Assembly (NCBI RefSeq): GCF_006345805.1
Contig: NC_043001.1
Coordinates: 127,410,001 to 127,474,000 of the forward strand
Origin: Octopus sinensis
Lineage: Eukaryota
DNA: 64,000 nt
Direction of reading: 5' to 3'
Positions 52,815 to 64,000 of the stretch are shown piece after piece. Below the pieces are notes generated by a model. That model saw only the letters and a program-made list of their open reading frames with translations. It made no database searches and was not told the origin of the DNA. A program made the translations under genes and the position numbers. Position 1 is the stretch's first letter. Each line of letters begins with the position of its first letter.

Positions 52815-53292
52815 GTAGGGGTATATGGAGAATTGTCCCCTACCACCTTATGACAACAGGTTATGATGCTTTGTTCCCGTCCCCATAACTTAGAGATTCA
52901 GCAAAAGACACCGATAAAATAAATATCCAATAATGTGTTCGACTACAGCTACAGGGCGTTGCTCGAACATGACCGCAGTCCAATGACTGAAATCTGCCAA
53001 AGAGTAATCTGCACTATTTGACATTTCATGCGCTTATCTGAATCAGAAAAAGAGTAACAGAGCTATAGTCCTATTCCTATTTCTATTTGGTTCTTACATT
53101 CATAATACCATTTATACTAAAATTTTACCTGTTATATTTGCAACAGTTTTCTTTGTCCTTACTGACCTCAACCACTCAGTTCATTATATTATATTTTACA
53201 GTCGTGTGAATTTTAAATTCAATATAATGTTAAATGTTTCTCAGCACTTTTCTCTATTTTTCTATATATCTAACGCCTTCATGTTTTCATCA

Positions 53293-53348
<56 letters not shown>

Positions 53349-53652
53349 TATTATATGCACACACGCGTACACCTACATACTTACACACACATCGATATAT
53401 ATATCTATATATATACGCTCATAAGATATACGTCATTGATACCTCTTCCTACCTTCTCTTCGCCTTCCTTCTCTCTCACTCATTTTCTATTTTTTCTTTT
53501 CCTCCCCTTCTCTCTCTCTCTCTCTCTTTCTTTCTTCTCCAGAATATCTATCAATCATTTATAAAAGCATATATTTATTGAATTAACTTTTATTTTATTT
53601 TATATTACCTATTTCCATCACTAGAGTCTACCCACAAAGGTTTCAGTATACC

Positions 53653-53885
53653 TATTTCTTTACTACCCACAAGGGGCTAAACACAGAGGGGACAAACAAG
53701 GACAGACAAACGGATTAAGTCGATGATATCGACCCCAGTGTGTAACTGGTACTTAATTTATCGTCCCCGAAAGGATGAAAGGCAAAGTCGACCTCGGCGG
53801 AATTTGAACTCAGAACGTAACGGCAGACGAAATACCACTAAGCATTTCGCCCAGCGCGCTAACGTGTCTGCCAGCTCACCGCCTT
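53653..53885 (-). mobile_element. SINE A monomer
   Basis: Perfect 15-bp TSD aggtttcagtatacc at 53638-53652 and 53886-53900, which reads GGTAT.. on the element strand. Confidence 0.93.
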
Positions 53886-54302
53886 AGGTTTCAGTATACC
53901 AAGAGTTATTACAATCTGCTACTCATTTTATCGTTATCTAATTAACGGATAGCTAAGTCAGTTTTAACATAAAGAGTTACAACTCGATACCGACTCTCAC
54001 ACACATACACACATTGTCATTCATAAATTTAAATCCCGACGAGGTCAATTTTGCGTTTTATTCTTTCGAAGTCGATATATAAAATACCAGTAAAGGATGG
54101 TAAATTACGAGTGTTGTTATGGTGCGTGATGAGACATCTTCCAGTGTTTGTCGCGTCTCTGTACGTTTTCAGTTCAAATCCTGCTTCTTGTTATCAGAAA
54201 AGAACGGTATCACACTAATAAGGTGTTGTAACAGCAAAATCCAATGAAATAAGAAGACCTCTTCTTCGATCGGAAGACGGGTTGCCATGCGATATACAAA
54301 CA

Positions 54303-54373
<71 letters not shown>

Positions 54374-54375
<2 letters not shown>

Positions 54376-54590
54376 GGGAAGGTTTACGAAAATAAACAAA
54401 AGACGAAGGCAGGTGGAGTGCAAACAAACAAATGTATTAGTATGGCGCTCAGGAATAGAAATAGAACAAGTCTTTTATGTTTCGAGCCTACGCTCTTCGA
54501 CAGAAAGGGACACAGAAAAAAAAACAAGGAGAGAAACAAGGAGAGAAAAAAATGCGTGTAGGAGCTAACGATCTATCATGGCGTTCTGAC
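54374..54590 (-). mobile_element. Short PLE pLTR-like element (family of 38716)
   Basis: CTTT-CTGTCGA-A-GAGC-gtag-GCTC-GAAAC-ATA-AAAG (54472-54507); abuts (TA)n. Confidence 0.65.
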
Positions 54591-54779
54591 TTCGGGCAGA
54601 GGTCAGAGGTCAGATATATATATACATATAGATACACATATGCATGCATATAGTCATACGTACATAAACGGACAAACAAATGCACGCACATACACACACA
54701 CACACACACTGTCTATCTATATATCTATTGCCCAATGATGTTTAGCAATCTGAAACTTCAAGTTACATTATCAAGTTAC

Positions 54780-54860
<81 letters not shown>

Positions 54861-54864
54861 TATA

Positions 54865-54993
<129 letters not shown>

Positions 54994-55845
54994 AGGTTTC
55001 AAATAAACAGATAAAACTTCTAAAACCTTGGTTTTTAATGTACAAAATATATATACATTTATACATTTAAAAAGAAAAGGCAGACTCAAAATTTTCCGAT
55101 GATTAACAATCAGGTATTAACATATATATGTTATAGAGCAAACCTAATCAGATTACATGGACTCGAACAATTAGAGGAGAGAAGGCGTTACAAGTCCGAC
55201 AGCTGTTTCTGAAGGCTGGATCTTACTTCATAATGATCAAAAACTTGCAGCTGGTAATGGAAGCAAACAAACATTGACAAACTTCAGAACCTCCTTCAAC
55301 AGGGTAAACAGATAAGAGTCTAACGTATCAAATCATTATACAGGGAAATTTAAAGATAGAATTGGTGTAGTAGAGGGTAATGAAGTGATAGTAGTTCTCG
55401 GTGAAGGAACAGGAATTTCAATTATCATTTATCAGAGCATTACGTAAATATCTATATCACGCTTACTTTAGCGTTATCTAACACACACACACACATACAT
55501 AATTTATATTTAAAATTAAAGTTTTCATAGAAGACTAAGATGTAGTATCCAAAACTTGTTTGGTTATGTCCATAGTAGTGTGCCTTGAGAGCACGTTCAC
55601 CACATTTTTTATATTTCTTATATTTTATATTGAGCTCATTTTTGTTTATCGCTCGAAAATGACCGTTATTTGAAAGGACCAATCAAACAAGTCCATTTTT
55701 AAAGGTGTAGCGTTTATACTAGTCTTGATAGAATTGGCATATCGGTTCTATTTTAACAAAAACTGTCCGACGAACGGGAACGTGAAACTCAGAGTAACAG
55801 GTTTTGTTGAATTTCTGCTGCTTTTAAATAAAGTATATATATATA

Positions 55846-56235
55846 GGCGCAGGAGTGGCTGTGTGGCAAGTAGCTTGTTTACCAACCACATGGTTCCGGG
55901 TTCAGTCCCACTGCGTGGCACCTTGGGCAAGTGTCTCTCTACTATATGCCTCGGGCCGACCAAAGCCTTGTGAGTGGATTTGGTAGACGGAAACTGAAAG
56001 AAGCCCGTCGTAATAATAAGTATATATTATGCGTGGTGTGTTTGTTGTGTCTGTGTTTGTCCCCCTAGCTTGCTTGACAACCGATGCTGGTGTGTTTATG
56101 TCCCCGTTACTTAGCGGTTCGGCAAAAGAGGCCTATAGAATAAGTCCCGGGTCGAGTTGCTCGATTAAAGGCGGTGCTCCAGCATGGCCGCAGTCAAATG
56201 ACTGAAACAAGTAAAAGAGTAAAGAGTAAAGAGTA
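55846..56235 (+). mobile_element. SINE B, almost no internal microsatellite
   Basis: Full head to tail; agtatatatat on both flanks. Confidence 0.9.
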
Positions 56236-56866
56236 TATATATACATATATATATATATATGTGCGCAAACACACACATATATATATATATGTATATGCAT
56301 TTATATATACATGTATGCATATGTGCGTATAAATGAATACATACATGCATACATACATACAAGTACACTATATACGTGTACGTATGTTCGTATTTATGTG
56401 TGCAGGCGTTTGTGAATATGAAAGTATGCATGTATGCAAGTATGTATCTTATGCGTTTCATATGCAGATTGGATGTTTGTAAACGGACGTGTGCATGCAT
56501 ATAATTGCGTGTGCGTTTGTAAAGAAGACATACGAAGAAAGCTAGCAACATTAATAAACAGTAAAAAAAACCCATAAGACATTGATTAAATGTAAGTCTC
56601 ATGCAGGTTAAATAGTATTTTCATTTCATTATATATATATTGTGCGTCTTGCTTTGCTTTGTTTTATTTCTGTTTTTTTGTTATTTTAAACAGTACTATA
56701 TCAGCTTCGTGGCAACAAGACGGTGACATAACCAGGTTAATTGTATGTAAGTTAAAACGCATGCACTTGCACATACACCCACACACATATCTATAAGTAT
56801 AAACATTCACATACACATGTATGTGTATGTGTATATATATATATATATATATTGTGTGTATGTGTG

Positions 56867-56938
<72 letters not shown>

Positions 56939-56958
56939 TATATACATATATATATATG

Positions 56959-57033
<75 letters not shown>

Positions 57034-57347
57034 CGCACACACACCCAGATATGTGTACATATATATATGTATGCATGCGTATGTAAATAATAATATATAT
57101 ATATACATATAAATACATAATGCACACAGACACACGCACACACAGACACATATATACTTAAATATATGTTCATGTGTATATATATCTATATATACATATA
57201 TTTGTGTGTCTGTATATACATCCACACATACACGTATACACACACATATATATATATACATAAATATATGCACATGATATATATACAAGTAAATATATAT
57301 ATACATACACACACATGCGCACACATACACGCACGCACACACACACA

Positions 57348-57348
57348 A

Positions 57349-57414
<66 letters not shown>

Positions 57415-57475
57415 TTCAGCCTGTCTTGACCCAGGCCATGACTAACTTAATGGCACCACCTGGAGAAGACATTTA
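57348..57475 (-). mobile_element. CR1 3' UTR remnant with (CTAT)n tail
   Basis: Minus strand caggtggtgccattaagttagtcatggc matches 1430-1460 and runs into (ATAG)n. Confidence 0.7.
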
Positions 57476-57569
57476 ATCATATTTCAAGTTACAGGCATAC
57501 ATTGGCCAATGTAGCACATTCGAGTAAAAAGTTGTTTGCGGAGATGCACGTGTGTGTGAGCGTATGCAT

Positions 57570-57602
<33 letters not shown>

Positions 57603-57867
57603 TGTGTGTGTGTGTGCGTGTGTGTGTGTGTATGTGTGTGTGTTTGTGTATATGTGTGTGTGTGTTTGTGTATATGTGTGTGTGTTTGTGTGTGTTTGTG
57701 TGTGTGTGTTTGTGTGTGTGCGTGCGTGTATGTGTATGTGTGTGTGTTTGTGTGTGTGTATGTGTGTGTATTTGTGTATATGTGTGTGTGTGTGTTTGTG
57801 TTTGTGTTTGTGTATATGTGTGTGTGTTTGTGTGTGTGTGTTTGTGTGTTTGTGTGTGTGTGTGTGT

Positions 57868-57936
<69 letters not shown>

Positions 57937-58150
57937 TAGCTTTGACAGTGACTTGAAGATTCGGTTTGCTTTGTCTCCATCAGCTATAGTACATTGGAGT
58001 TCATATTGGCTTTATACAGTCTCTGATAACTTTAATTTTTCTTGAGTAGGTGGAGCTTTATTGATTGATAATTAGGTTGTAGGATAGGTTCTGCCGGAAC
58101 GAAATCATGGAAGATTTTTATTGATCAAATTTGGAGTTGTATACACACAC

Positions 58151-58238
<88 letters not shown>

Positions 58239-58509
58239 TTATATATATACTTTTATCCTTTTACTTGTTTCAGTCATTTGACCTCAGCCATGCCGGAACA
58301 CCGCCGTGAAGGATTTTAGTCGATGCATCCACCCAGTATTTTTTTTACATGGTACTTATTTTATCCGTCTCTTTTGCTAAACTGCTAAGTTACGGGGATG
58401 TAAACACATCAATGTCAAGCGGTATAGTGAGGAACAAACACTGACACAAAGACACACATACACACACAGATATATACATAAATATACGGTGGTTGCCTAC
58501 TCTTTATAC

Positions 58510-59215
58510 AGAGTCTGACCACCTCTTGTACCTACACCTTAGATTCATCATTGCGTCTGATGTGGCTTTTTAAACCAGACAATGTATTGAAAAGACACCC
58601 GCATAGATTGCATATCCGATTTGAACCACCAAGAGCTGCAGTTAAGTTGTGATCTTTGTGGATCTTAAAATGTCTTTTGAGGCCTCCGTTAGATTTTCAG
58701 ACCTTATGGCATACACGGCACCGAAAGTTGTGCACAGATATATAGGCAGAATAGTTGGTGGAGGTTCGTTTTTCATGGGTCCTCAAATAAGATTCGCGCC
58801 CAGCAATAGAAAGACATTGTCTGTCACAAACTGTGCACACAAAAAAGGTCACTGAGATTCACCTCGATCACAACAGTCTTCTTTAAATCTCTCTTGAGTC
58901 TGGCATGTGTTATCCTGGCCTCCTCAAATGCTTTCACTCCACTCCACACTTTTGTTTGCCATCCAGCTCGATCCGAAACAAGGATTTCTATGGCCTTTGG
59001 AGCCTTTCCAAGTGACTTCATGGTAGTCCCTATGCCGTCCTTAAAGCTCTTTTTAGATTTACACCGATTGTGTTTCCCCTCTGCAAGCACGCCATAAAAC
59101 AGCTGTTTGAGTGTGTGTTCATCAGCCATTCGAACAATATGGCCAGACCATCTCATTTGATTTTTCAGAATCGTTGATTTAATTAAAGTGATGCCTGCAG
59201 ACGCAAAGACATCTG
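58510..59215 (-). mobile_element. RTE-clade LINE 3' fragment
   Basis: MRWSGHIVRMADEHTLKQLFYGVLAEGK...DRAGW; C-terminal zinc-finger-like remnant. Confidence 0.85.
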
Positions 59216-59613
59216 TGTCTGGAGTAAAAAAAAAAAAAGCCCCATTTAATGTTTAAATTATTATTATTATCATTTATATATTATATATGTACTGTTCCGT
59301 TATTGGCAGGATCAACAAAAGAAGTACACAATCTAGCAAGAGAAAAATATCATTTAATACAATGGTTTCAAATTTTGGCACAAGGTTCACAATTTCGTGG
59401 AAGGAATAAGTCGATTAAATCGACACCGAAAGGTAAAGTCGACCACGGCAGAATTTGAACTCAGAGCGTAAGGACAGACGAAATGCCGCTAACGATTCTG
59501 CCAGCTCGCCGCCTCGAATATCATTTATTATATGCAAGATATAAATGTGAGATACAATAAGTTTCATGCTCTGATAGTACAATAGTAGCATGAGCTTCTG
59601 TATACATATATAT

Positions 59614-59925
59614 GGAGGTGCAATGGCTCAGTGGTTAGGGCAGCGGACTCGCGGTTGTAGGATCGTGGTTTCAATTCCCAGACCGGGCGTTGTGAATGTT
59701 TATTGAGCGAAAACACCTAAAGCTCCACGAGGCTCCAGCAGGGGGTGGTGATGATCCCTGCTGTACTCTTTCACTACAACTTTCTCTCACTCTTTCTTCT
59801 GTTGGCCTGCTCGCTTAGCTAGCGGGGTGGCGTCATTTGAAGGCTAAAACAATGCGAAGCGCATTGTGACTAGCGATTGTAGCAACATTTGATAGCCTGG
59901 TCGGTCATGGTGATCATGGTTGTGA
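59614..59925 (+). mobile_element. SINE head C plus tail T2
   Basis: Similarity to 45021-45326. Confidence 0.88.
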
Positions 59926-59958
59926 TATATATATATATATATATACATATATATATAC

Positions 59959-60012
<54 letters not shown>

Positions 60013-60018
60013 CTATAT

Positions 60019-60061
<43 letters not shown>

Positions 60062-61283
60062 TTACATTACTCGGTAGTCAAGATAAAACTCTGAGTTTCA
60101 GATGCCGAAGTGGAATCCCCAACACCATCTCTCTTCGTTATCTGGCTATTTGAAAACGTTATGAAAAATACCGTTAAAAAATGAAGGGAAATTACTCTGT
60201 TATAACTCTGCTTTGCCTGCGTACTTATACATCGCTCGCATTTTTCGTCATAAAAATATATAAAAATACATAAAAATATATAAAATATATAAAAATATAT
60301 AAAATCTTCTTGGACATAACACAGAAAGCATGTTCTATCCGTTTCTTTAGGGGACCAAAAACGTAACAGAAATTTAGTCACATGTGGGCATGATCCGAAA
60401 AGCTCTGTCCTTGTATTTAGACATGTGGTAGGGTCTAAGCTGCTTTTCCAGATAAGCCATCTCTCCATGTCGCATAAACCGCACCTCCTTCCGCTGCCGT
60501 TAGTATAGGACTTACATCTGGCCAAAATCTTCCATTGTATGTTATAATCGACACCTTTATCTCTTAAAGACCAAATATGATTGGATAATTGTGTCGCTTT
60601 TCTTTTGTTCCAGTGCCTAAAAGCTCAAAGTGTGGTTATTGAACCTGGCCTTGAAATTACCCTCTGTCAGGCCCACGTATTTCTTCGTCGAAACGGTGTC
60701 TTTAGTGGTTATAGAGGTTTACGGTAGCTTCATATATGATGGTCTTGGACATGCAAGCTCCATTTAGCGGGCACAATTCTTTATTCCTGCATGAACAGCT
60801 GTTTTCTTCTTGTGTTTTTTGTATGTATATTGATTATGTTTTTAAAATTGGTAGTTGAACTAAAACTAATTTTTAAATTGTGTCTATTGAAGAGTTTCCT
60901 ATAAGCATGGTAACTGAAAATGTCTATCTATCAGTGCTAGGAAATATTTACCTATATTGAAGGCCACCTCGGGTGAGTAAGGGGCGTAAACCAGATGACC
61001 TTCCTATTTCTATTATTCCTTTTCCTTATTAATATTCCTTATTAACCTACATTAATATAACTTAGTCTATCATTGGGCTTCCTATAAGGCTTATAAATAT
61101 TATTATTAAGATATAAGGAAACGTCTAAGAATTGACAACCGTCAGGTTAGTGTCTATAGTTTATACTAAGTCCGAAGTGTTTCATTAACTGATAATATCC
61201 TTCCTAAAACGATCTTGTGCTGGTCCATTGTATTAGCTGTTAAGCGCGAGGGCATCATCTTTGTAGATGGCGAAATGTACGTT
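60062..61283 (-). mobile_element. Penelope-like element, left inverted copy: RT remnant, deletion, linker and GIY-YIG endonuclease
   Basis: Minus strand IYKDDAL (61254-65 = YKDD), FLDVSL and YKPYRKPND, then IRKRNNRNRKVIWFTPPY through CGLC..ERWLI..LNTRTEL..CPHVTKFLL. Confidence 0.88.
60081..60143 (-). ncRNA. Variant hammerhead-like motif in left pLTR
   Basis: AGATAA-C.GAAGA-G-AGATG..CATCT-GAAAC-TCAGA-GTT-TTATCT. Confidence 0.5.
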
Positions 61284-62380
61284 AGTGGTTGTAGCGAAAA
61301 ATAAAATATACACCTATCACCAGCCCAACAATAAGGAAAAGGAATAATAGAAATAGGAAGGTCATCTGGTTTACGCCCCCTTACTCACCCGAGGTGGCCT
61401 TCAATATAGGTAAATATTTCCTAGCACTGATAGATAGACATTTTCCAGTTAACCATGCTTATAGGAAACTCTTCAATAGACACAATTTAAAAATTAGTTT
61501 TAGTTCAACTACCAATTTTAAAACATAATCAATCATAACATACAAAAAACACAAGAAGAAAACAGCTGTTCATGCAGGAATAAAGATTGTGCCCGCTAAA
61601 TGGAGCTTGTATGTCCAAGACCATCATATATGAAGCTACCGTAAACTCTATAACCACTAAAGACACCGTTTTCGACGAAGAAATACGTGGGCCTGACAGA
61701 GGGTAATTTCAAGGCCAGGTTCAATAACCACACTTTGAGCTTTAGGCACTGGAACAAAAGAAAGCGACACAATTATCCAATCATATTTGGTCTTTAAGAG
61801 ATAAAGGTGTCGATTATAACATACAATGGAAGATTTTGGCCAGATGTAAGCCCTATACTAACGGCAGCGGAAGGTGCGGTTTATGCGCATGGAGAGATGG
61901 CTTATCTGAAAAGCGCTTAGACCCTCCCACATGTCTAAATACAAGGACAGAGCTTTTCGGATCATGCCCACATGTGACTAAATTTCTGTTACGTTTTTGG
62001 TCCCCTAAAGAAAACGGATAGAACATGCTTCTGTGTTATGTCCCAAGAAGATTTTATATATTTTTATATATTTTTATATATTTTTATGTATTTTTATATA
62101 TTTTTATACGAAAAATGCGAGCGATGTATAAGTACGCAGGCAAAGCAGAGTTATAACAGAGTAATTTCCCTTCATTTTTAACGGTATTTTTTCATAACGT
62201 TTTCAAATAGCCAGATAACCGAAGAGATGGTGTTGTGGATTTCCACTTCGGCATCTGAAACTCAGAGTTTTATCTTGACTACCGAGTAATGTAACATATT
62301 GTATAGATAAATTTCCTCCTCTATTTACATAATATGAGGTCTCTTTCTTTCTTTTGTTATCTTACCCGTTTTATCAATAT
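61284..62380 (+). mobile_element. Penelope-like element, right copy: linker, GIY-YIG endonuclease, pLTR and 3' extension
   Basis: SGCSEKIKY..KVIWFTPPYS..IGKYFLALIDRHFP; CSCR..C.LNGACMSKTIIYEATV..KYVGLTEGNFKARFNNH; frameshifted. Confidence 0.9.
62213..62275 (+). ncRNA. Variant hammerhead-like motif in right pLTR
   Basis: Stem I AGATAA/TTATCT, core CCGAAGA, GATG/CATC, GAAAC, near-palindromic stem III ACTC-A-GAGT, GTT triplet ending at 62269. Confidence 0.55.
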
Positions 62381-62388
62381 ATATATAT

Positions 62389-62424
<36 letters not shown>

Positions 62425-62429
62425 ATATG

Positions 62430-62585
62430 ACAGGCTTCTTTCAGTTTCTGTCTACCAAATCCACTCACAAGGCTTTGGTCAGCCCGAGGCTATAGTAGAA
62501 GACACCAAGATGCCACGCAGTAGGACTGAACCTGGAACTATGTAGTTGGTAAGCAAGCTACTTACCACACAGCCACTCCTGCGCC
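62430..62585 (-). mobile_element. SINE B 5' half
   Basis: Head and body, ending in (TA)n. Confidence 0.85.
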
Positions 62586-63269
62586 TTTATAGTTCAAATT
62601 TACAAAAAAAAAACAAAAGGCGAAGACAGGTGTAGGAGCAACAAGCAGGTGTATTAGTTTAACACTCGGGATGTATATAAAGATATACATATTTCATCCG
62701 TATACATACATCCGTACACATATTTACACATACATACATACATATATACATACATACATACATACATACATACATGCATACATACATGCATACATGCATA
62801 CATGCATACATACATGCATACATGCATACATACATACATACATACATACATATTTGTGTGTGCGCGTACACCCGCCTATGTGTGCGTATAGACATATATA
62901 TATATATATATAGAAAGATCAAAAGGTGTTTGTATCATTATATCTATATGCTTGCCAGAATGTGTGTGCGCGCGCGCGCGTGTGTATGTGAGTTTGTGTG
63001 TGTGTATATGTGTAAGTGTGTGTGTGTGTGTGTGTTTATGGATTTGTGTTTTTCTACCTGTGTATATGTCTGTGTATATTTATGAGTGTGTATACGTATA
63101 TGTTTTTGTATCTGTATATATGTATGAATCTATATATTTATGAGTGCGTATAAGTGACTGTTTCGCGTGTATTTGTATACGTGTACGCATTTTGTATATA
63201 TATCTATCCGTGTAGATGTGTATGTGGGTTTTTTGGTATTTTTGATTTTGTCTGTGTGCGTATATGTAC

Positions 63270-63545
63270 GCGCGTGTGTATTTACGTGTGTGCATGTACG
63301 TATCTGTGTGTATGTATGTATGTATGTATGTACGTATGTGTATGTGTGTATATGTATGTATGTATGTATGTGTGTGTATATGTATGTATGTATGTATGTA
63401 TGTGTGTGTATATGTATGTATGTATGTATGTGTGTGTATATGTATGTATGTATGTATGTATGTATGCATGTATGTATGTATGCATGTATGTATGTATGTG
63501 AGTGTATATGTATGTATGTATGTATGTATATATGTGTGTGTATTT
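63270..63545. repeat. (TATG)n compound microsatellite
   Basis: Direct reading. Confidence 0.95.
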
Positions 63546-64000
63546 GTGTGGGGTGGGGAGCTGCGTGTGTGAGTGTAATATCAATGGAAGCATGACGTTG
63601 CGAACAAACAACGCCCGTTGCTAAGCGAGAGACTTGTAGACAACATATCACTTTGTAGTGAGTCACAATTTTTACCTGACAATGAGTCTACAGGTGAAAA
63701 TTAATTTTCGCACTTAGAGCTTTCGGTGGCCGGGTTGATAAATTGTTGACCTTGAGGTTCTCACCTGATATATCCACTATTTGTATTAATATCTTTAGGG
63801 CGCCAGACTATTAGCAAAGTCGTTAGCGCATCCGAAAAATTGCTATGCGACATTTCTTCCAGCTCCTTTTACATTCTGAGTTCAAATCCCACCATAATCA
63901 AAATTGACTCTCGTCTCAAAACTGCTGGCTTTCCGCAAATTTAGAAACCAGTGTCTCGATCTCCTTCTCTATACTGGTTTATTTTGGCTTACTACAGCGG

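Noticed and set aside
56160-56235. SINE B tail cagtc-aaat-gactg-aaac-aa-gta as half a hammerhead
   Set aside because: No upstream CTGANGA in any copy; better explained as a LINE-recognition stem-loop.

Overview
Eukaryotic, AT-rich DNA made almost entirely of repeats. I infer a coleoid cephalopod (Octopus-like) intronic or intergenic window from the SINE, LINE and microsatellite repertoire; this is not database-checked. I see no intact protein-coding gene, rRNA, true tRNA or CRISPR array. Content: several tRNA-derived SINE families (labelled A-D here); decayed LINE fragments (CR1, RTE, R4/Dong, L1/Tx1); Penelope-like elements (PLE); Tc1/mariner relics; two hAT MITEs; three non-autonomous Helitrons; and very abundant microsatellites, which generate almost all long ORFs in the track. 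One candidate host first exon lies on the minus strand near 21.9 kb. The most interesting signals are: (1) fold-back PLE-derived elements at TA microsatellites carrying minimal hammerhead ribozymes, one with a canonical core (49.7-50.2 kb), a 2.3-kb Penelope palindrome (60.1-62.4 kb), and several ~200-bp elements with variant cores; (2) a SINE whose target-site duplications start with GGTAT, a motif also present in its own body, and which forms exact 184-bp tandem multimers; (3) mix-and-match SINE heads and tails; (4) a stack of R4/Dong LINEs separated by (TAA)n tracts. Most element boundaries are approximate (read by eye); TSD, TIR and ribozyme coordinates were counted.
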